A stretch of DNA of 63,525 bases, filler included, from Malassezia furfur (GCA_052055015.1; 45 parts of 45 records of this genome joined end to end with filler, not necessarily neighbours in it); one strand, 5' to 3'; counted from the whole stretch's first letter, positions 11,187-23,634 are shown. Numbers and translations are program-made. Notes: generated by a model from the letters alone, not told the origin.

Positions 11187-11648
11187 ATGAGCGCTGCGAC
11201 GCCGCTGCGCCGCGGACCGCGCGCGTCGCTCGCGCGCGTGTCGACGCCCCAGGCAGGGCCACGGCGCTTCGAGATTGGCGACGAGGTGCGCTTCGAGGGC
11301 AGCGACCTGGTCGGCGTCCTCCGCTACCTCGGCCCGGTCACCGGCCGCGACGGCCACTTTGCCGGTCTCGAGCTGATCGGCGCGAGCGCCGGCCGCGGCA
11401 AGAACGACGGCACGATCGCAGGGTACGTGTGCGAGCTCACCCAGCGTCCAGTACTTTGCTACGGCGCCGAACAACGGCGTGTTTGGGCCCGCGGCCAAGC
11501 TCGTGCCGCTGCATGCACGGCCCACCAGCGCGACCGCTCGGCCGCTGTCGTCGCGCAGCGCAAACCGCACGGACGAGCGGCCCGCGTCGCGCACACGCAG
11601 CCACATGCCGCTGCCCAACGGCACGCCGCAGCGCACGCCTGCGCCACG
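11187..11648 (+). CDS. CAP-Gly microtubule plus-end protein, CLIP-170/Bik1-like, N-terminal part; intron 11423-11444
   Basis: GVLRYLG...FAGLEL...GKNDGTIAG|VQYF...NNGVF; removing the 22-nt intron restores the CAP-Gly motif. Confidence 0.8.
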
Positions 11649-11748
11649 NNNNNNNNNNNNNNNNNNNNNNNNNNNNNNNNNNNNNNNNNNNNTTAATTAA
11701 TTAANNNNNNNNNNNNNNNNNNNNNNNNNNNNNNNNNNNNNNNNNNNN

Positions 11749-12758
11749 CTTCGCGCGGTAGTCGTAGAAGCCCTGCGCGTGAGTGGAGGCGGCGCACGTA
11801 CCTGGCCCGACTTGACGCCGAGCCAGCCGGCCTGCACCATGCGGCGCAGGAGGCCGGGCGGCGCGTAGTGCGGCTCGCCGGTCGCTTCGTAGATCGACTC
11901 CATGACGCTGTGTGAGCGGTGGGGGCGACGCACTGTAGACAGATATCCTGCGTAAGCGGCGCACACGTACCAGCCCCACAAAGTCGGCGAGGCGCAGCGG
12001 GCCCATCGGGTGGCGCATGCCAAGCACCATGGCCTTGTCGATGTCCTCGTATGTCGCCTCCTTGGCCTCGGCCATGCGCACCGCCTCGCGCATCGCCGCG
12101 ATGTTGATGCGGTTCACGATGAAGCCCGGCGTGTCGACGCACAGCACCGTGCGCTTGCGGCACGCGACCGCAAACGCCGTCGCGCGCTCCACGGCCTCGT
12201 CGCTGGTCTGCAGCGCGCGCACGATCTCGACAAGGCGCATCACCTGCACCGGGTTGAAAAAGTGGATGCCGACCACCTGGGGTGAGCCGTTCGAAGACGT
12301 ACGCGTGCGGCGCTTGTCGCGGCCTCAGCGGCGTCCGTATACGCGTCGGCGGCGGCGCGCGCGAGCGCGGTGATGCTGAGCGCCGACGTGTTGGACGCCA
12401 GGAGTGTGTGGAGCGGTAGGCGCTGGGCGAGCTCGTGGAAGAGGCGCTGCTTGACGCTCATGTCCTCCGATGCGGCCTCGATGACGAGATCGGGCGCATG
12501 TGCCGACGCGAGCTCCTCGATGCTATGGACGACGTGCACGCCGTCGAGGATCGGCCCGACGAGGCGCGGCTCGATGCGGCGGTACTTGGCGGCCTTGCGC
12601 AGTTGCTCCTCGAGCGAAGCGCGGCCGCGTTCGGCCTGTTCCACGCTGATATCGACGAGGACGATGCGCGGGACGCGTGCGTGGACGGCGGCTACGAAGG
12701 CGATGCCGATGCCCATCTGGCCGCAGCCGAGCACCGCGAGCTGCTGCACGTCGGACAT
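11749..12758 (-). CDS. 3-hydroxyacyl/3-hydroxybutyryl-CoA dehydrogenase, near complete; introns 12277-12302, 11948-11970, 11908-11933, 11773-11801
   Basis: GCGQMGIGIA Rossmann motif, LASNTS, GIHFFNPV, DTPGFIVNR, HPMGPLRLADFVGLD, GVKSGQGFYDY after splicing. Confidence 0.93.
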
Positions 12759-13042
12759 GGCACAGGAAGCGAGCGAGCGTGGGGGCGTGCGCGCGTGCGC
12801 GCCGCGGCGGCGGCGTGGGGCGTGTGGGGTGGAGGCGTGTGCGGATCGGGCATGTTCGGCCGAGATGCGTGTGCGTGCATCCACAAGCACGCAGCGATTG
12901 GGTGGGCCCGGTGCAGGCCCGGCCCAAGGTGCCCGGTCCGGAGGTCGGCCGTGGGGTAAAGCGTGGCAGGCGGACGGCCGCGTGCGGGGTGGGTGCGAAA
13001 GCCGGAAGGTGTGCGGTGCGCCTTGCTCTGTTCCCTATCATC

Positions 13043-13101
13043 ATGGCCGATTTCCCTGCTACGGAGAACGGGAAGTTTTCGTTTAAGAACCGTGTCGTGG
13101 T
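13043..13101 (+). CDS. Probable N-terminus of peroxisomal multifunctional beta-oxidation enzyme (FOX2/Mfe2-type SDR)
   Basis: MADFPATENGKFSFKNRVV resembles the F-x-x-R-V-V-V(TGAG) start of MFE-2; only 19 codons visible. Confidence 0.5.
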
Positions 13102-13201
13102 NNNNNNNNNNNNNNNNNNNNNNNNNNNNNNNNNNNNNNNNNNNNTTAATTAATTAANNNNNNNNNNNNNNNNNNNNNNNNNNNNNNNNNNNNNNNNNNN
13201 N

Positions 13202-14553
13202 CTGGCGCCGGCGCACTCGCGTCGCGCGGTGCCTGCCCATGCGCCTGCTCCAGCTGTGCGTGCAGTGCCTCGACCTCGGCGCGCAGGTCCGACGCGCTCG
13301 TCGCGAGCGTGCGCGCCTTGTCGAGCTGGTACGCGAGGCGCTCGATCTGTACGGCGTCCGCCTCCACTTGGTCCGTGCGCGCCTGCAGCGCGCGCTGCAG
13401 CGCCGCCTCGCGCGCGGTGCGCTCGGCGATCTCGGCGTCGTGCGCGGCGCTGTGCTGCATCGCGGCATGCAGCGTCGAGGCACGCGCGGTCCACGGCACC
13501 GCGTCGTCCACTGGGATCGCATTCGCGGGGTCCGCGATCGCAGTGTGCAGCGCGTCGAGCGTCGCAGCGAGCCGCTCGGCGTCGCGCACCGCCGCCGCGC
13601 CGTCGTCGGGCAGCGCGGCACGCAGCGCGTCGGGCGTCGCAGCGCCTGCATCGATCTCGGCGGCGCGCACCAACGCACACACCCCGTGCGCCATCTTGGC
13701 TGCGAGCGCCGCGAGCTGCGACGAGAGCTGCCCAAGCCCCGGGAGCTGCGGCACGCTCTCGATGTGCACCGCCTCGTGTGCGGCGCGCAGCGACGTCAGA
13801 ATGCGCACCATGTTGCGTGCCGGCACACGCGCGCGCCGCGCAATGCGCACGAGCGACGCCGCCTGCTCCACGGCGTCGTTGGCCGCAAGCCCCGTGCGCT
13901 CGGCGAGCGTGCGCAGCTGGGCATGCGCGAGGCCCGCGGCGGCGAGCAGCGTGTCGACGTCGTGCGCCGCGAGCGACGCGCTGCCCGCCTCCTTCGCCGC
14001 GAGGTCCGCGACCGAGACGTGCGTCTGCAGCGCAAGCGATACCTGCTCGAGCTGCGGCACAATCGCGTCGCATGTGCGGCGGCACGCATGCTCGTCCCAC
14101 CGGTCGCGCTGCACGTCCTCAAGGAGCTGGCGCAGCTGCTGCTCCGCGGGCGCGAGCGCCGCGGCGTGCCGCGCCTGCGCCACAAACACGTCGGGCGGGG
14201 CGGTGGCGAGCGCCGCCGCCGCCTGCTCGGCAAGCGCCGCGAGGTGGGCAAGCGCGTGCCGCAGTGCACACGCGTCGAGCAGTGCCTCGTCGAGCGTGCC
14301 GGCCAGCAGGCGGTCCTGCACGTCGGCATGCGCCGCGAGCGCCTCGCGCAGCAGCGTGCCAAGACGCGCGATCCGCTCGAGCACGAGCAGGGTACCGACG
14401 GCCGCCTCGTCCGCCGCCCAGAACGTCGGCGGGAGGTAGACGCGCACGACGTCGAGGTGCCGCTGCGCCTGCGCAGCGTCGAGGCGCTCGAGCGAGTGAT
14501 GCAGTGCACGCGCCTGCGCCAGCTGCGGCGGCGCACCGAGCAGCGCCGGCGCT
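13202..14553 (-). CDS. Dynactin subunit 1 (p150Glued)-like protein, internal fragment
   Basis: Helical domain followed by PWTARASTL and a coiled coil, typical of the fungal p150 C-terminal half. Confidence 0.65.
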
Positions 14554-14653
14554 NNNNNNNNNNNNNNNNNNNNNNNNNNNNNNNNNNNNNNNNNNNNTTA
14601 ATTAATTAANNNNNNNNNNNNNNNNNNNNNNNNNNNNNNNNNNNNNNNNNNNN

Positions 14654-16000
14654 CGCAGCTGCTCACGCGCTCGGCCAGCACCGCGCGCTCCTCGCGCGCG
14701 ACGTTGCGCTCGGCCGTCCGCGCCTGGATCTGGGCGGCCCACGGCGCAAGCTCCTGCTGCCGCGCCTCGATTTCCTCGTGGAAGGGGCGCGTCTTGGCTG
14801 CCAGACGCTCGCCGAGCGCCTGCAGCGCCGCCTGCTCGCGCTCGAGCGACGCCTCGTGCGCCGCCTGCTCCGTGGCGATGTGCGCGAGCTCGTCGCGCGC
14901 CTGCTCCGCGGCGGTGCGTGCCTCGGCGGCGCGCGCCTGGTCGTCGGCGAGGCGCGTCGCGAGCTTCTTGCGCTTGCCCTGCAGCAGCTTCGCGCGCGCG
15001 CGCAGCTCGACGTGGTGCTTTTCGTGCCGCGCGAGCGCCTGTGCGCCCTTGTTCGCGCGCGCCTCGACGTCGGCGGCCGCGGCGCGCACCGCGTCGAGCT
15101 CGCGCTGTGCCGCCTCGCTCGCCTGCTGCGCGTCGGCGTGCTTGTGTGCCTCGTCGGCGAGGCGCGCCTCGAGCGTCGTGCGCTCGGCGGCGGCCCGCGT
15201 CCCAAACGTAGCGCTGCCACAGCGCCGACTGGTGCCGCATGAGCGCATTGTGTGCGCGCAGGTACGCCTCGGCGTCGCGCCGCCGCGGCTCGAGATGGCC
15301 CAGCTCGCGCTGGACGATCTGCACGCGGTGCAGCTTTTCGGCGCGCGCCTCGTTGGCCTCGTCCACGGCACGCGCGTGCGTCTCGATGGGCGCCTTGAGG
15401 TCGCTGGTGCCGATGATATCCTCGAGGTACTCGAGCAGCCCCTCGTCGTGCTCCGTGCGCGCCTTGGGCGGCATCTGCGCGATGCTCTCCACCTCGCCTT
15501 GCAGGATGAGGAAGCGCTTGTGGTCGAGGTCGATGCCGCGCTCACGCAGCAGCGCAGTTACCTCGGTGAACGAGGAGCGCTTGCCGTTGATCGTGTACTG
15601 CGACGTGTTGTTGCGCTGCGCCGTGCGCGCGACGATCAGACGGCTGCCGGGCACCACCTCGAACGCCTCCGAATCGGGCGTATCGACGATCTCACGGAAC
15701 CACACCTCGACCGTGCACTGCGCGGGCGGCGCGACGCCATCGCGGCTGTGGATCAGCTCGCTGAGGCGCCCCTGGCGCATCTTGTTCGCGCGCCAGCCAA
15801 ACACAAAGAGCAGCGCGTCGATCACGTTGCTCTTCCCGCTGCCGTTCGGCCCCACAACGCTCGAGAAGGATTTGTGGAACGGCCCGATCTCCTGCCGCCC
15901 CGCGTACGACTTGAAGTTGTCGAGCACGAGCTTGTGGATCACGAGCCGGCGCTGCGGCGCCGCGGGCGCCGCGGGCGTGCGCACGTAGCGCGACGCGGTG
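14654..16000 (-). CDS. SMC4: Condensin subunit Smc4, N-terminal fragment with apparent frameshift near 15190
   Basis: NFKSYAGRQEIGPFHKSFSSVVGPNGSGKSNVIDALLFVFG, GIDLDHKRFLILQGEVESIAQM, GLLEYLEDIIGT. Confidence 0.96.
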
Positions 16001-16100
16001 NNNNNNNNNNNNNNNNNNNNNNNNNNNNNNNNNNNNNNNNNNNNTTAATTAATTAANNNNNNNNNNNNNNNNNNNNNNNNNNNNNNNNNNNNNNNNNNNN

Positions 16101-17422
16101 CCTGCCGCGCGGCACGCGCCGCGGCGCCCTCGGCGTCGTGCGCGCGCTCCCACGGCGGGCGCGTGTCGTGGAGGATGTGTTCGTCGAGGACCGTGTGCAT
16201 CGCTGCGCCGTCCTGGAGCGGCGCGGCGGGCGGCGCACGCACGCCGGTGTGGGGCAGCGCCGTGCGCCGCTCGCGGCGGCTCTCGGCCAGGTCCGCGTTG
16301 AGCGACGCGACGCCGCGCGCGTACTCTGCGATCCAGTTCTCCTCGGTGAGGTCGGCGCGCTGCAGCGCGAGGCGGCGCTGTGCCCAGGGCCCCGCGCGCT
16401 CGAACGGCGTGTGGCCCGCGTCGCCAAACGTCGTGACGACCGCCTCGCCGTGCGGGTCGACGGTGGTGTACGTCGCGGCGTCTGGGCGGCGGCGCCCGCG
16501 GTCGCGCTCGCGGTCGCTCTCGCGGCGGCGCTCGGCGCGCAGGATGCCCTCGATCGACGGCATGCTCACGAGCGCGCCTTCGCGGTGCCCCTCTTTGCGC
16601 GCGAGGGCCTCGTAGTAGTCGTCGAGCACCATGCGCCCCTTGGTGATGATGCGGGCGCCAACGAGCTGGAACACGGAGCGCGCGGTGACCACGGTCACGT
16701 TGCGCACGCGCAGCTGGCCCGCGAGGCGCGCGTCGCTCGCGAGCGCCTCCTTCTCCTCGGCGCTCAGCACGAGCTTGTGGAGGAGGGGGTGCTTCCGGAA
16801 GAAGTACGCCGAGTCGCGGAAGCCGAGCGCGCGCGCCACGTCGATCGACAGCATGTACTGCCGCGCGGGGTCTGAGCGCGTCGGCAGCGAAAACGTCGGC
16901 ACCCGGAACGTGCGCCCGCCCTGCAGGTGGCCGGACGCGTCGATCTTTGTCTCGCCCGCCGCGTCCGTGTCGAGGGACAGCTGGTCGTCGGTGATGTGGT
17001 ACTCGCGCCCGTCGATCTCGATCGTGTCGCCCTCCTCGCCCTCGTCCTCCTGCTCGCTCTCGGACTCGGGCGCACGCGCCGCGCGCCGGCGCTTGCGCGG
17101 CGCATCGCTGTAGGCGTCGTCGGAAGAAGATGCGTCGCGCGCCTGCGATGCGCGCGAGCTGGCGCGCGCGCGCGTGGGGCGCGAGCGGCTGCGTGTGCGC
17201 CTGCGCGCACGCGGCGCATCGTCGTCGTCCTCGTCGTCCTCGTCCTCGTCGCCGGCCGCGTCGTCCGCGGCCTCGTCCTCGTCCTCGTCCTCGTCTTCGT
17301 CCTCGACGCCCGCGTCGTCCTCGGCGCCCGCGTCCTCTGCGTCGTCGTCCGTCTCCTCCTGCATGCGCGCACGCGCCGAGCTGCGCCGCGGCCGCCGCAC
17401 GCCGTTCCCCCGCGTCGCTCAT
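16101..17422 (-). CDS. Chromatin-remodelling complex subunit Rsc7/Npl6/Swp82 family, N-terminal part
   Basis: GETKIDASGHLQGGR.F...YMLSIDVARALGFRDSAYFF...VVTARSVF...GARII..G...DDYYE. Start uncertain: ATG 17422 is one base out of frame; an in-frame ATG lies at 17364. Confidence 0.85.
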
Positions 17423-17538
17423 GGACGTGGTTGTTGCGNNNNNNNNNNNNNNNNNNNNNNNNNNNNNNNNNNNNNNNNNNNNTTAATTAATTAANNNNNN
17501 NNNNNNNNNNNNNNNNNNNNNNNNNNNNNNNNNNNNNN

Positions 17539-18873
17539 CCGCCGCCGCGCCCGGCGCGGGCGGCAGCAGCGGCGCGGCGTCGTCGCAGGAGCTCGATGAT
17601 GACCCGCTGTGGTTCGACGAAGAGGACGACGAGGGCCTCGACGACGACGACGACGAGGCCGACGCGCTCGAGGCGATGCTCCCGCGCGGCGCAGGCGGCC
17701 TCGGCTTCGATCTGCACAGCCTGTCCGGCCTGCTGTCCGGCACCTCGGGGCGCTTCCGTGCGCTGCTGCAGGCGCTGCAGCAGAGCGCCCACGACCCCTC
17801 GGCGCGGCTGCTCGCGCTGCAGGAGCTGTCCGAGGCGCTGAGCATGGCCACGGAGGACACGCTGCTCGGCCACTTTCCCACGAACGCGATCGTCGCCGAG
17901 CTCGTCGCGTCGCTCGGCGGCCCGGCGCCCGCGCGCCCCGCGTCCCTGGTCGACGAGGAGGACGCGGCGCTGGCCGCGGCGCTGGCGGCGTCGGGCGGCG
18001 ACGGCGCGGGCGAGGTCGAGATGTATGCGTGCCGGTGCCTCGCGCACCTGCTCGAGGCGCTCCCCGCGGCGGCCGCGAGCGTCGTGCGCCACGGCGCGGT
18101 GCCGCTGCTGGTCGCGAAGCTGCACGAGATCACGTTTATCGACCTGGCCGAGCAGGTGCTCCAGACGCTCGAGAAGCTCTCCACGACGCACGCCGCGGCG
18201 ATCGTGCGCGCGGGCGGCCTGCACGCCATGCTGCAGTACGTCGACTTCTTCTCGCTGTACGTGCAGCGCACCGCGCTCGCCACCGCCGCGAACTGCTGTG
18301 CGCACGTGACGCCGGCGGTGGCGGCGCGCGTCGCGGACGTGATGCCGATGCTGCGCGGCGTGCTGGGCTACGCGGACGCGCGCCTCGTGGGCTCCGCGGC
18401 GCGCGCAGTGTGCAGCGTGGTCGAGGCGTACGCCGAGCACCCCGCGCTGCTCGAGGAGCTGCTGCTGCACACCGACACGGTCGCGCTGCTGCTCCAGCTG
18501 CTGTGGCGCATCACCGGCACCGCGAGCGGGCCGGCGCTGAACGACGCGGCGTACGTCGCGCTGCTGCACGCGCTCGCGCGTGCCGCACGCGCCTCGGTCG
18601 CGGTCGCCGAGGCGCTCGTCGCGCACGACACGCTCGAGCTCCTCTTCTTCCTGCTGACCGGCGCTTCGGCCGACACGGCGCCGAGCGCCACCGACGTGCT
18701 CCTGACGCTCGCGCAGCGCCCGCCGGCGCAGGTGCGCGAGGCGCTGCACCTCGCCGCCGAGCTCCTGCCCGCGCTCCCCGCGGACGGCGTGTTCGACGCG
18801 CGCGCCTACACGGAGAAGGCGTTCCGCGCGTGGGAGCGGCACGCCACCGACGACGACGCGCCCGCGCGCCGCC
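17539..18873 (+). CDS. UFD4: HECT E3 ubiquitin ligase Ufd4/TRIP12, N-terminal ARM region fragment
   Basis: LQELSEALSMATED, ACRCLAHLLEALP, ITFIDLAEQVLQTLEKLS, LQYVDFFS..VQRTAL..AANCC. Confidence 0.92.
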
Positions 18874-18973
18874 NNNNNNNNNNNNNNNNNNNNNNNNNNN
18901 NNNNNNNNNNNNNNNNNTTAATTAATTAANNNNNNNNNNNNNNNNNNNNNNNNNNNNNNNNNNNNNNNNNNNN

Positions 18974-19961
18974 GGCGCTCGGCGCGGAGCATGCGGCGCT
19001 CCTGGCGCAGCTCGACGCGCTTGCGCCCGCGGAGCGCACCGCGCAGCTCGACGCGCTCTTTGCCGCATTTTTGCGCGACGAGGGCGAGCGCCTGCGCTCC
19101 GCGGCGCACGTCAAGGCGTCGCGCAAGGCGCCCAAGCCCGCGCTGCCGACGCCGTTTGTGCAGGCGGTGCTGCGTGCGGCGCTGCCCGCGGCCGAGAAGG
19201 GCGCGGCGCAGCCGGTCGCGCCGCAGACACTGCGGTACCTGCTCGAGCGCAACGTCGTGAGCGCGTCCATGGTGCCCGGCGACGCGCTCGTGCCGCGCGT
19301 GCGCGCGACGGGCGACTGGAGCACGCTGTACCTCGTCCTGCGTCACGTGCCGGACCTGGCGGAGGCGCACGCGGTGGCGATCGTGCGTGCGGCGCTCGCG
19401 GCGCGTGCGGACCCCGCGGCGCCGACGGTGGCGCGCGTGCTGCAGCACGTGCTGGCGCCGCCGCCGTTCAGCAAGCCGGCGCTGCGCATGGCGCTGCGCA
19501 CGCACATCGTGGACAACGACGAGGTGCTCATCCTGCTCGACGTGGTGCGGTGCTGGATCGACGCGGCGCTGCACGCGCCGCTCGCGGGCGCGGCGGGCGC
19601 GCGTGCGGCGGAGCATGTGCGCACGGTGCCGCGCACGCGCATCACGTACCGCACGAGCGACGTGCGCGCGCCGTCGCTGGACGCCGTCGCGTCGTTCGGC
19701 GAGGACGTGCTCGATACCTTCTTCCCGCAGCTGCTCGCGGACGCGTCGACGCACGCGTGCCTCGCGGAGTGCACGCGTGCGCTCACGCAGGATGCGGGCG
19801 ACCTGCACACGCTCGCGCGGCTCAGTGCGCCGCTCGACGCGTTTGCGCGCGCCGAGGCCACCAAGGGCGCCGCCAAGACCGAGGCCAAGTCGAAGCGCCT
19901 CGCGCTGCACGAGGCGAGCCTGCTCGTGCCGCTGTACTCGCACGAGTCGCTCGAGGTGTAG
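18974..19961 (+). CDS. Utp8/NOL11-like U3 snoRNP (t-UTP) protein, C-terminal part
   Basis: Helical protein ending LVPLYSHESLEV*, resembling the YSxExLEx terminus of NOL11/Utp8; also LRHVPDLAE and PFSK..LR.ALR. Confidence 0.55.
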
Positions 19962-19989
19962 GGTGTGTAGTAGCATGGTATGGCGTGGT

Positions 19990-20305
19990 CTATTTTCCGG
20001 GGTGGTGGGCGTCGCCGTCCTCGTCGTCGCCGAGCGCAAACGGCTCCATCTCCACGTCGCGCTCCGGCGAGCGCGGCGGCGAGCGCAGCGGCACGCGGCC
20101 CGCGCCCGCGCCGGGGTCCAGCACGTACTGGCCCACCGCGTGGTAGCGCTGCGGGCGCATGCGCGCGCGCCGCCGCACCCACAGGCACCCCGCGACCGCC
20201 ACGCCGATCAGCGCCAGGACAAACACGTTGCCGAGCACGTCGACGTGCGCCGCCTGCTCGACGGCGCCCTGCGCGGGCGTGGGCGTGGGCGACACGGACG
20301 GCGCC
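19990..20305 (-). CDS. C-terminus of a type I membrane protein (TM helix plus cytosolic tail), possibly a Golgi Kex-type protease
   Basis: Hydrophobic helix NVFVLALIGVAVAGCLWV, basic stop-transfer RRR, YHAV motif and acidic FALGDDED tail. Confidence 0.45.
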
Positions 20306-20405
20306 NNNNNNNNNNNNNNNNNNNNNNNNNNNNNNNNNNNNNNNNNNNNTTAATTAATTAANNNNNNNNNNNNNNNNNNNNNNNNNNNNNNNNNNNNNNN
20401 NNNNN

Positions 20406-21736
20406 CCTGCGCCGCGCCGTCGTCCGCCGCCGCGTCGGCCGCATCGGCCTGCGCGGCCTGCCGCACCTGCGCGACGTGCCGCGACTTGTGCCAGAGGCGG
20501 TGCGCGAGCGCCGGCACCTGCTCCGCGTCCGCCTTGAAGTGCTCGACGCGCGAGCGCTGCCCGTCCTTGCCGACGAGCACCTGCTCGATCTGCTTCTGGG
20601 AGAGCTTGAGCGTGCCGTGCGGCAGCGTATAGTGGGGGCACACGAGCACGTCGAGCGCGTGCGTCGGCGTGCCTTGCGCAACGGCCGGCGCGAGGTCGGC
20701 GATCGCGAGGCCAAAGCGCACGTCGGGCTTGTCGGAGCCGTAACGCTGCATCACATCCGCGTACGAGTACACCGGGAACGTGCCGCTCGGCAGCTCGGCC
20801 ACGGAGCGCCCGGCCGCCGCCCACATGGCGCGCACGAGGCCCTCGGTGGTGTCGCGCACCTCGGTGCCACCGATGTGCCACGCGCTGGTGGGTGCGTGCT
20901 CGGCGCCGCGCACAAAGCTCATCTCGAGATCGAGCTGCGTAAACTCCGGCTGGCGGTCCTTGCGCCCGTCCTCGTCGCGGAAGCACTTGGCGAACTGGAA
21001 GTAGGCGTCGCACACGCCTGAGGCCATGAGCAGCTGCTTTGGCTGCTGCGGCGACTGCTGCAGCGCATAGAACGACGGCGGCGCATCGGCGGCGCCGCGC
21101 GTCGGCACGAGAAACTCGCGTGCGCCCTCGGGTGTGGAGCGCAGCAGGACGGGCGTCTCGATCTCGGTAAAGTGGCGGTCGTGCAAGAAGCACCGCGCGG
21201 CATGCGCCACGCGGCTGCGCCGCCGGATGTTCTCGCCGAGCGCCGCGCGGCGCAGGTCAAGGTACCGGTAGCGCGCGCGCAGCGTCTCTTTGGGCAGCGG
21301 GGCGTCGGGATGGCACTGCGTCGCGTAGAACGGCAGCGAAGCGTCGGCGGCATTGAGCAGCTGCCATGCGTCCACCACGACCTCGATGGCGCCCGTGGAC
21401 ATGTCCTGGGTCAGAACAAAACGGCACCTACCGCGTTCTGGGCGCCGGCCGCGCGCGGCTGCACCGTGCCGTGGATCGACACGACGCTCTCCACCGGCAG
21501 GTCGCACAGCGCCTCGAGGGCGCGCTCGTCCTGGGCGCCGCCGAGCTTGAGCTGGACGACGCCCGAGGCGTCCTGCAGCGGGACGAACGCGAGCTGCTTG
21601 GAAATCTTGCGCGGCGTGCGCATCCACCCGCCGAGCACGACGCGCTCGCCGACGTGCGCGGCGTGCAGCTCGCCGCAGCGGTGCGTGCGTGGCGCGGTGG
21701 CCCACTGCGCGGTCGGCGCGTGCGTGTGCTCGCGGA
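20406..21736 (-). CDS. MSD1: Mitochondrial aspartyl-tRNA synthetase, fragment; intron 21406-21431
   Basis: RTHRCGEL, RYRYLDLRR, EIETPVL..STPEGAREFLVP, QSPQQ.KQLLM, CFRDEDGRKDRQPEFTQLDLEMSF, YGSDKPD. Confidence 0.95.
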
Positions 21737-21836
21737 NNNNNNNNNNNNNNNNNNNNNNNNNNNNNNNNNNNNNNNNNNNNTTAATTAATTAANNNNNNNN
21801 NNNNNNNNNNNNNNNNNNNNNNNNNNNNNNNNNNNN

Positions 21837-23163
21837 GTCTTGTGCATCGACACCACCGTCTGCAGCTCGTCGACCTCGCGCTGCAGCTGCGCAGCGGCGA
21901 CACGCAGCGGCTCCGCATCCTGCGCGCGCTCACGCAGCGCCGTCACCTCGGCCTCGGCGTGCGCCGCACGCGCCTGCAGTGCCGCAACATCGGCCTGCAC
22001 CTCGCGCGTCTGCTCGACGTCGCGCTGCAGCTCCGCGAGGCGCCGCTCCGCTTCGTGCGCACGCGCCGTCTTGGCTTCGGCCGCGGCATGCGCCGCATCC
22101 CGCGCCTGCTCCGCGGCCGTACGCGCCGCTTCGTGCGCTTCGGCCTGCGCCTGCTCGGTCGCCAGTCTGTGTGAGTGGGCCACGTACCGTTCCGCGAGCG
22201 CTGCATACGCACGCGCGTGCTGCGCGTCCCACGCCTCGTGCGCATCGACGCGTTCACGCACCGATGCCAGCAGCACATCGCTCTGCTGCACGCTACGTGC
22301 GAGCGCATCGACCGTCGCCGCAAGGCTCGCGATGCGCCGGGCGTCAGCCGCGCGCTGGGCAGACGCCGCATCCATGGCCTGCGCCCACTGCGCACGCTCC
22401 GCGTCCCACGCTTGGGCGCGCGCCACATGGTCGGCACGCTGGGTATCTAACGCGGCGGCGTGCGCCGTCCGCAGCGCCTGCAGCTCGTCGGCGTGCTGCG
22501 CTGCCAGTGCCTCGGTCGCGCGCGTGTGCGTGTCTTGCAGAGCGCGCACGGCTGTGTCATGGGCTTGTGCTGCATCCCGCTGCGCATCGGCATGCGTCGC
22601 GCGCTCGGCGTCCAGCGCATCGGTGTGCGCCTGCGCCTGCGCTGCGAGCGCCGCAGCATGCTGGGTGCGTGTGGTGTGCAGCGCCGCGTCGTGTGCGGCC
22701 GTGCGCGCCGCGAGCGCCTCGGCGTGTTTCGCATGCAGCGACTCGAGTGTTGCACTGTGCTCGGCCCGCAGCGCCTCGAGCGCCGCGTCGTGCTCGGCCC
22801 GCAGCGTGTCCAGCGCTGCGTCGTCCACCAGCGGCCGCGCGCGGCCCTCGACGCACGTCGCATCAGGGTCCGGCTGCAGCGCGGCCACCGCATCGAGCGC
22901 CAGTGCATAGTTGAACTGCGTATGCTCCAGCTCGCTCGCGAGCGCCGCGGGCGTTTGCGCGGCCCGCTCGTCGTACGCACGGCACAGCGCCTTATGCTCC
23001 GCGGCACGCTCCGCGTCCCGAAACTCAACCATCTCCATGCACTCGTCCAGCAGGATCGCCAGTGGCTCCAGCTCGTACGGCACCTGCCCTACGGGCTCTG
23101 GCTCGCCGAGCACGAGCGGCGCATAGAGCCGCTCGCGCACCAGCGCGCGCGCCGCGTCCGCCG
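21837..23163 (-). CDS. Ala/His/Glu-rich long coiled-coil protein, internal fragment
   Basis: Open frame across the contig with 11-residue-like repeats (LRAEHDAALEA); family not recognised. Confidence 0.65.
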
Positions 23164-23263
23164 NNNNNNNNNNNNNNNNNNNNNNNNNNNNNNNNNNNNN
23201 NNNNNNNTTAATTAATTAANNNNNNNNNNNNNNNNNNNNNNNNNNNNNNNNNNNNNNNNNNNN

Positions 23264-23634
23264 CGGTAGCGCAGCATGTTGGCGCGGCTCTTGTTGAAGC
23301 TGGGGAACTCGACGTTCAGGCTGTCCGACGGGGTGTACTCGTCCACCAGCGTGCAGCCGTTGCTGCCGACCGTACGACCGCTCGAACTGTTGTTGTTGCG
23401 GAAGTTGTGGCCGTTCTGCGACGACTGCGGCAGGTGCAGGATGGACGGCAGACCCCACGAGCTCTCGGGGTGGCTACCCGAGCTGGTCTGCACCGAGGCA
23501 ACGCGGCCGCCGCTCGAGCTCGACTCCGTCGTCATGGAGTTCTGCGTCACCGGCACGGGCTTGTAGTTGGCGGTCGCCAGCGAGAGCGACGAGGCCACGC
23601 GGGAGAAGTCGAATCCGGGGGAGAGGATCTGCAT
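23264..23634 (-). CDS. Probable glycoside hydrolase family 5 (exo-beta-1,3-glucanase-like), N-terminal part
   Basis: Ser-rich leader then FPSFNKSRANMLRY, resembling the segment just before the RQQxSVNLGSW motif of basidiomycete GH5s; catalytic domain not visible. Confidence 0.5.

Noticed and set aside
15175..15215. Frameshift in SMC4 suggesting a pseudogene or programmed frameshift
   Set aside because: Essential gene, intact on both sides, shift within a GCC-rich tract with no intron signals; most likely an assembly indel.
17400..17422. Out-of-frame ATG for the Rsc7-like gene
   Set aside because: A single extra G in a G run explains it, or the start is the downstream ATG at 17364; not evidence of recoding.
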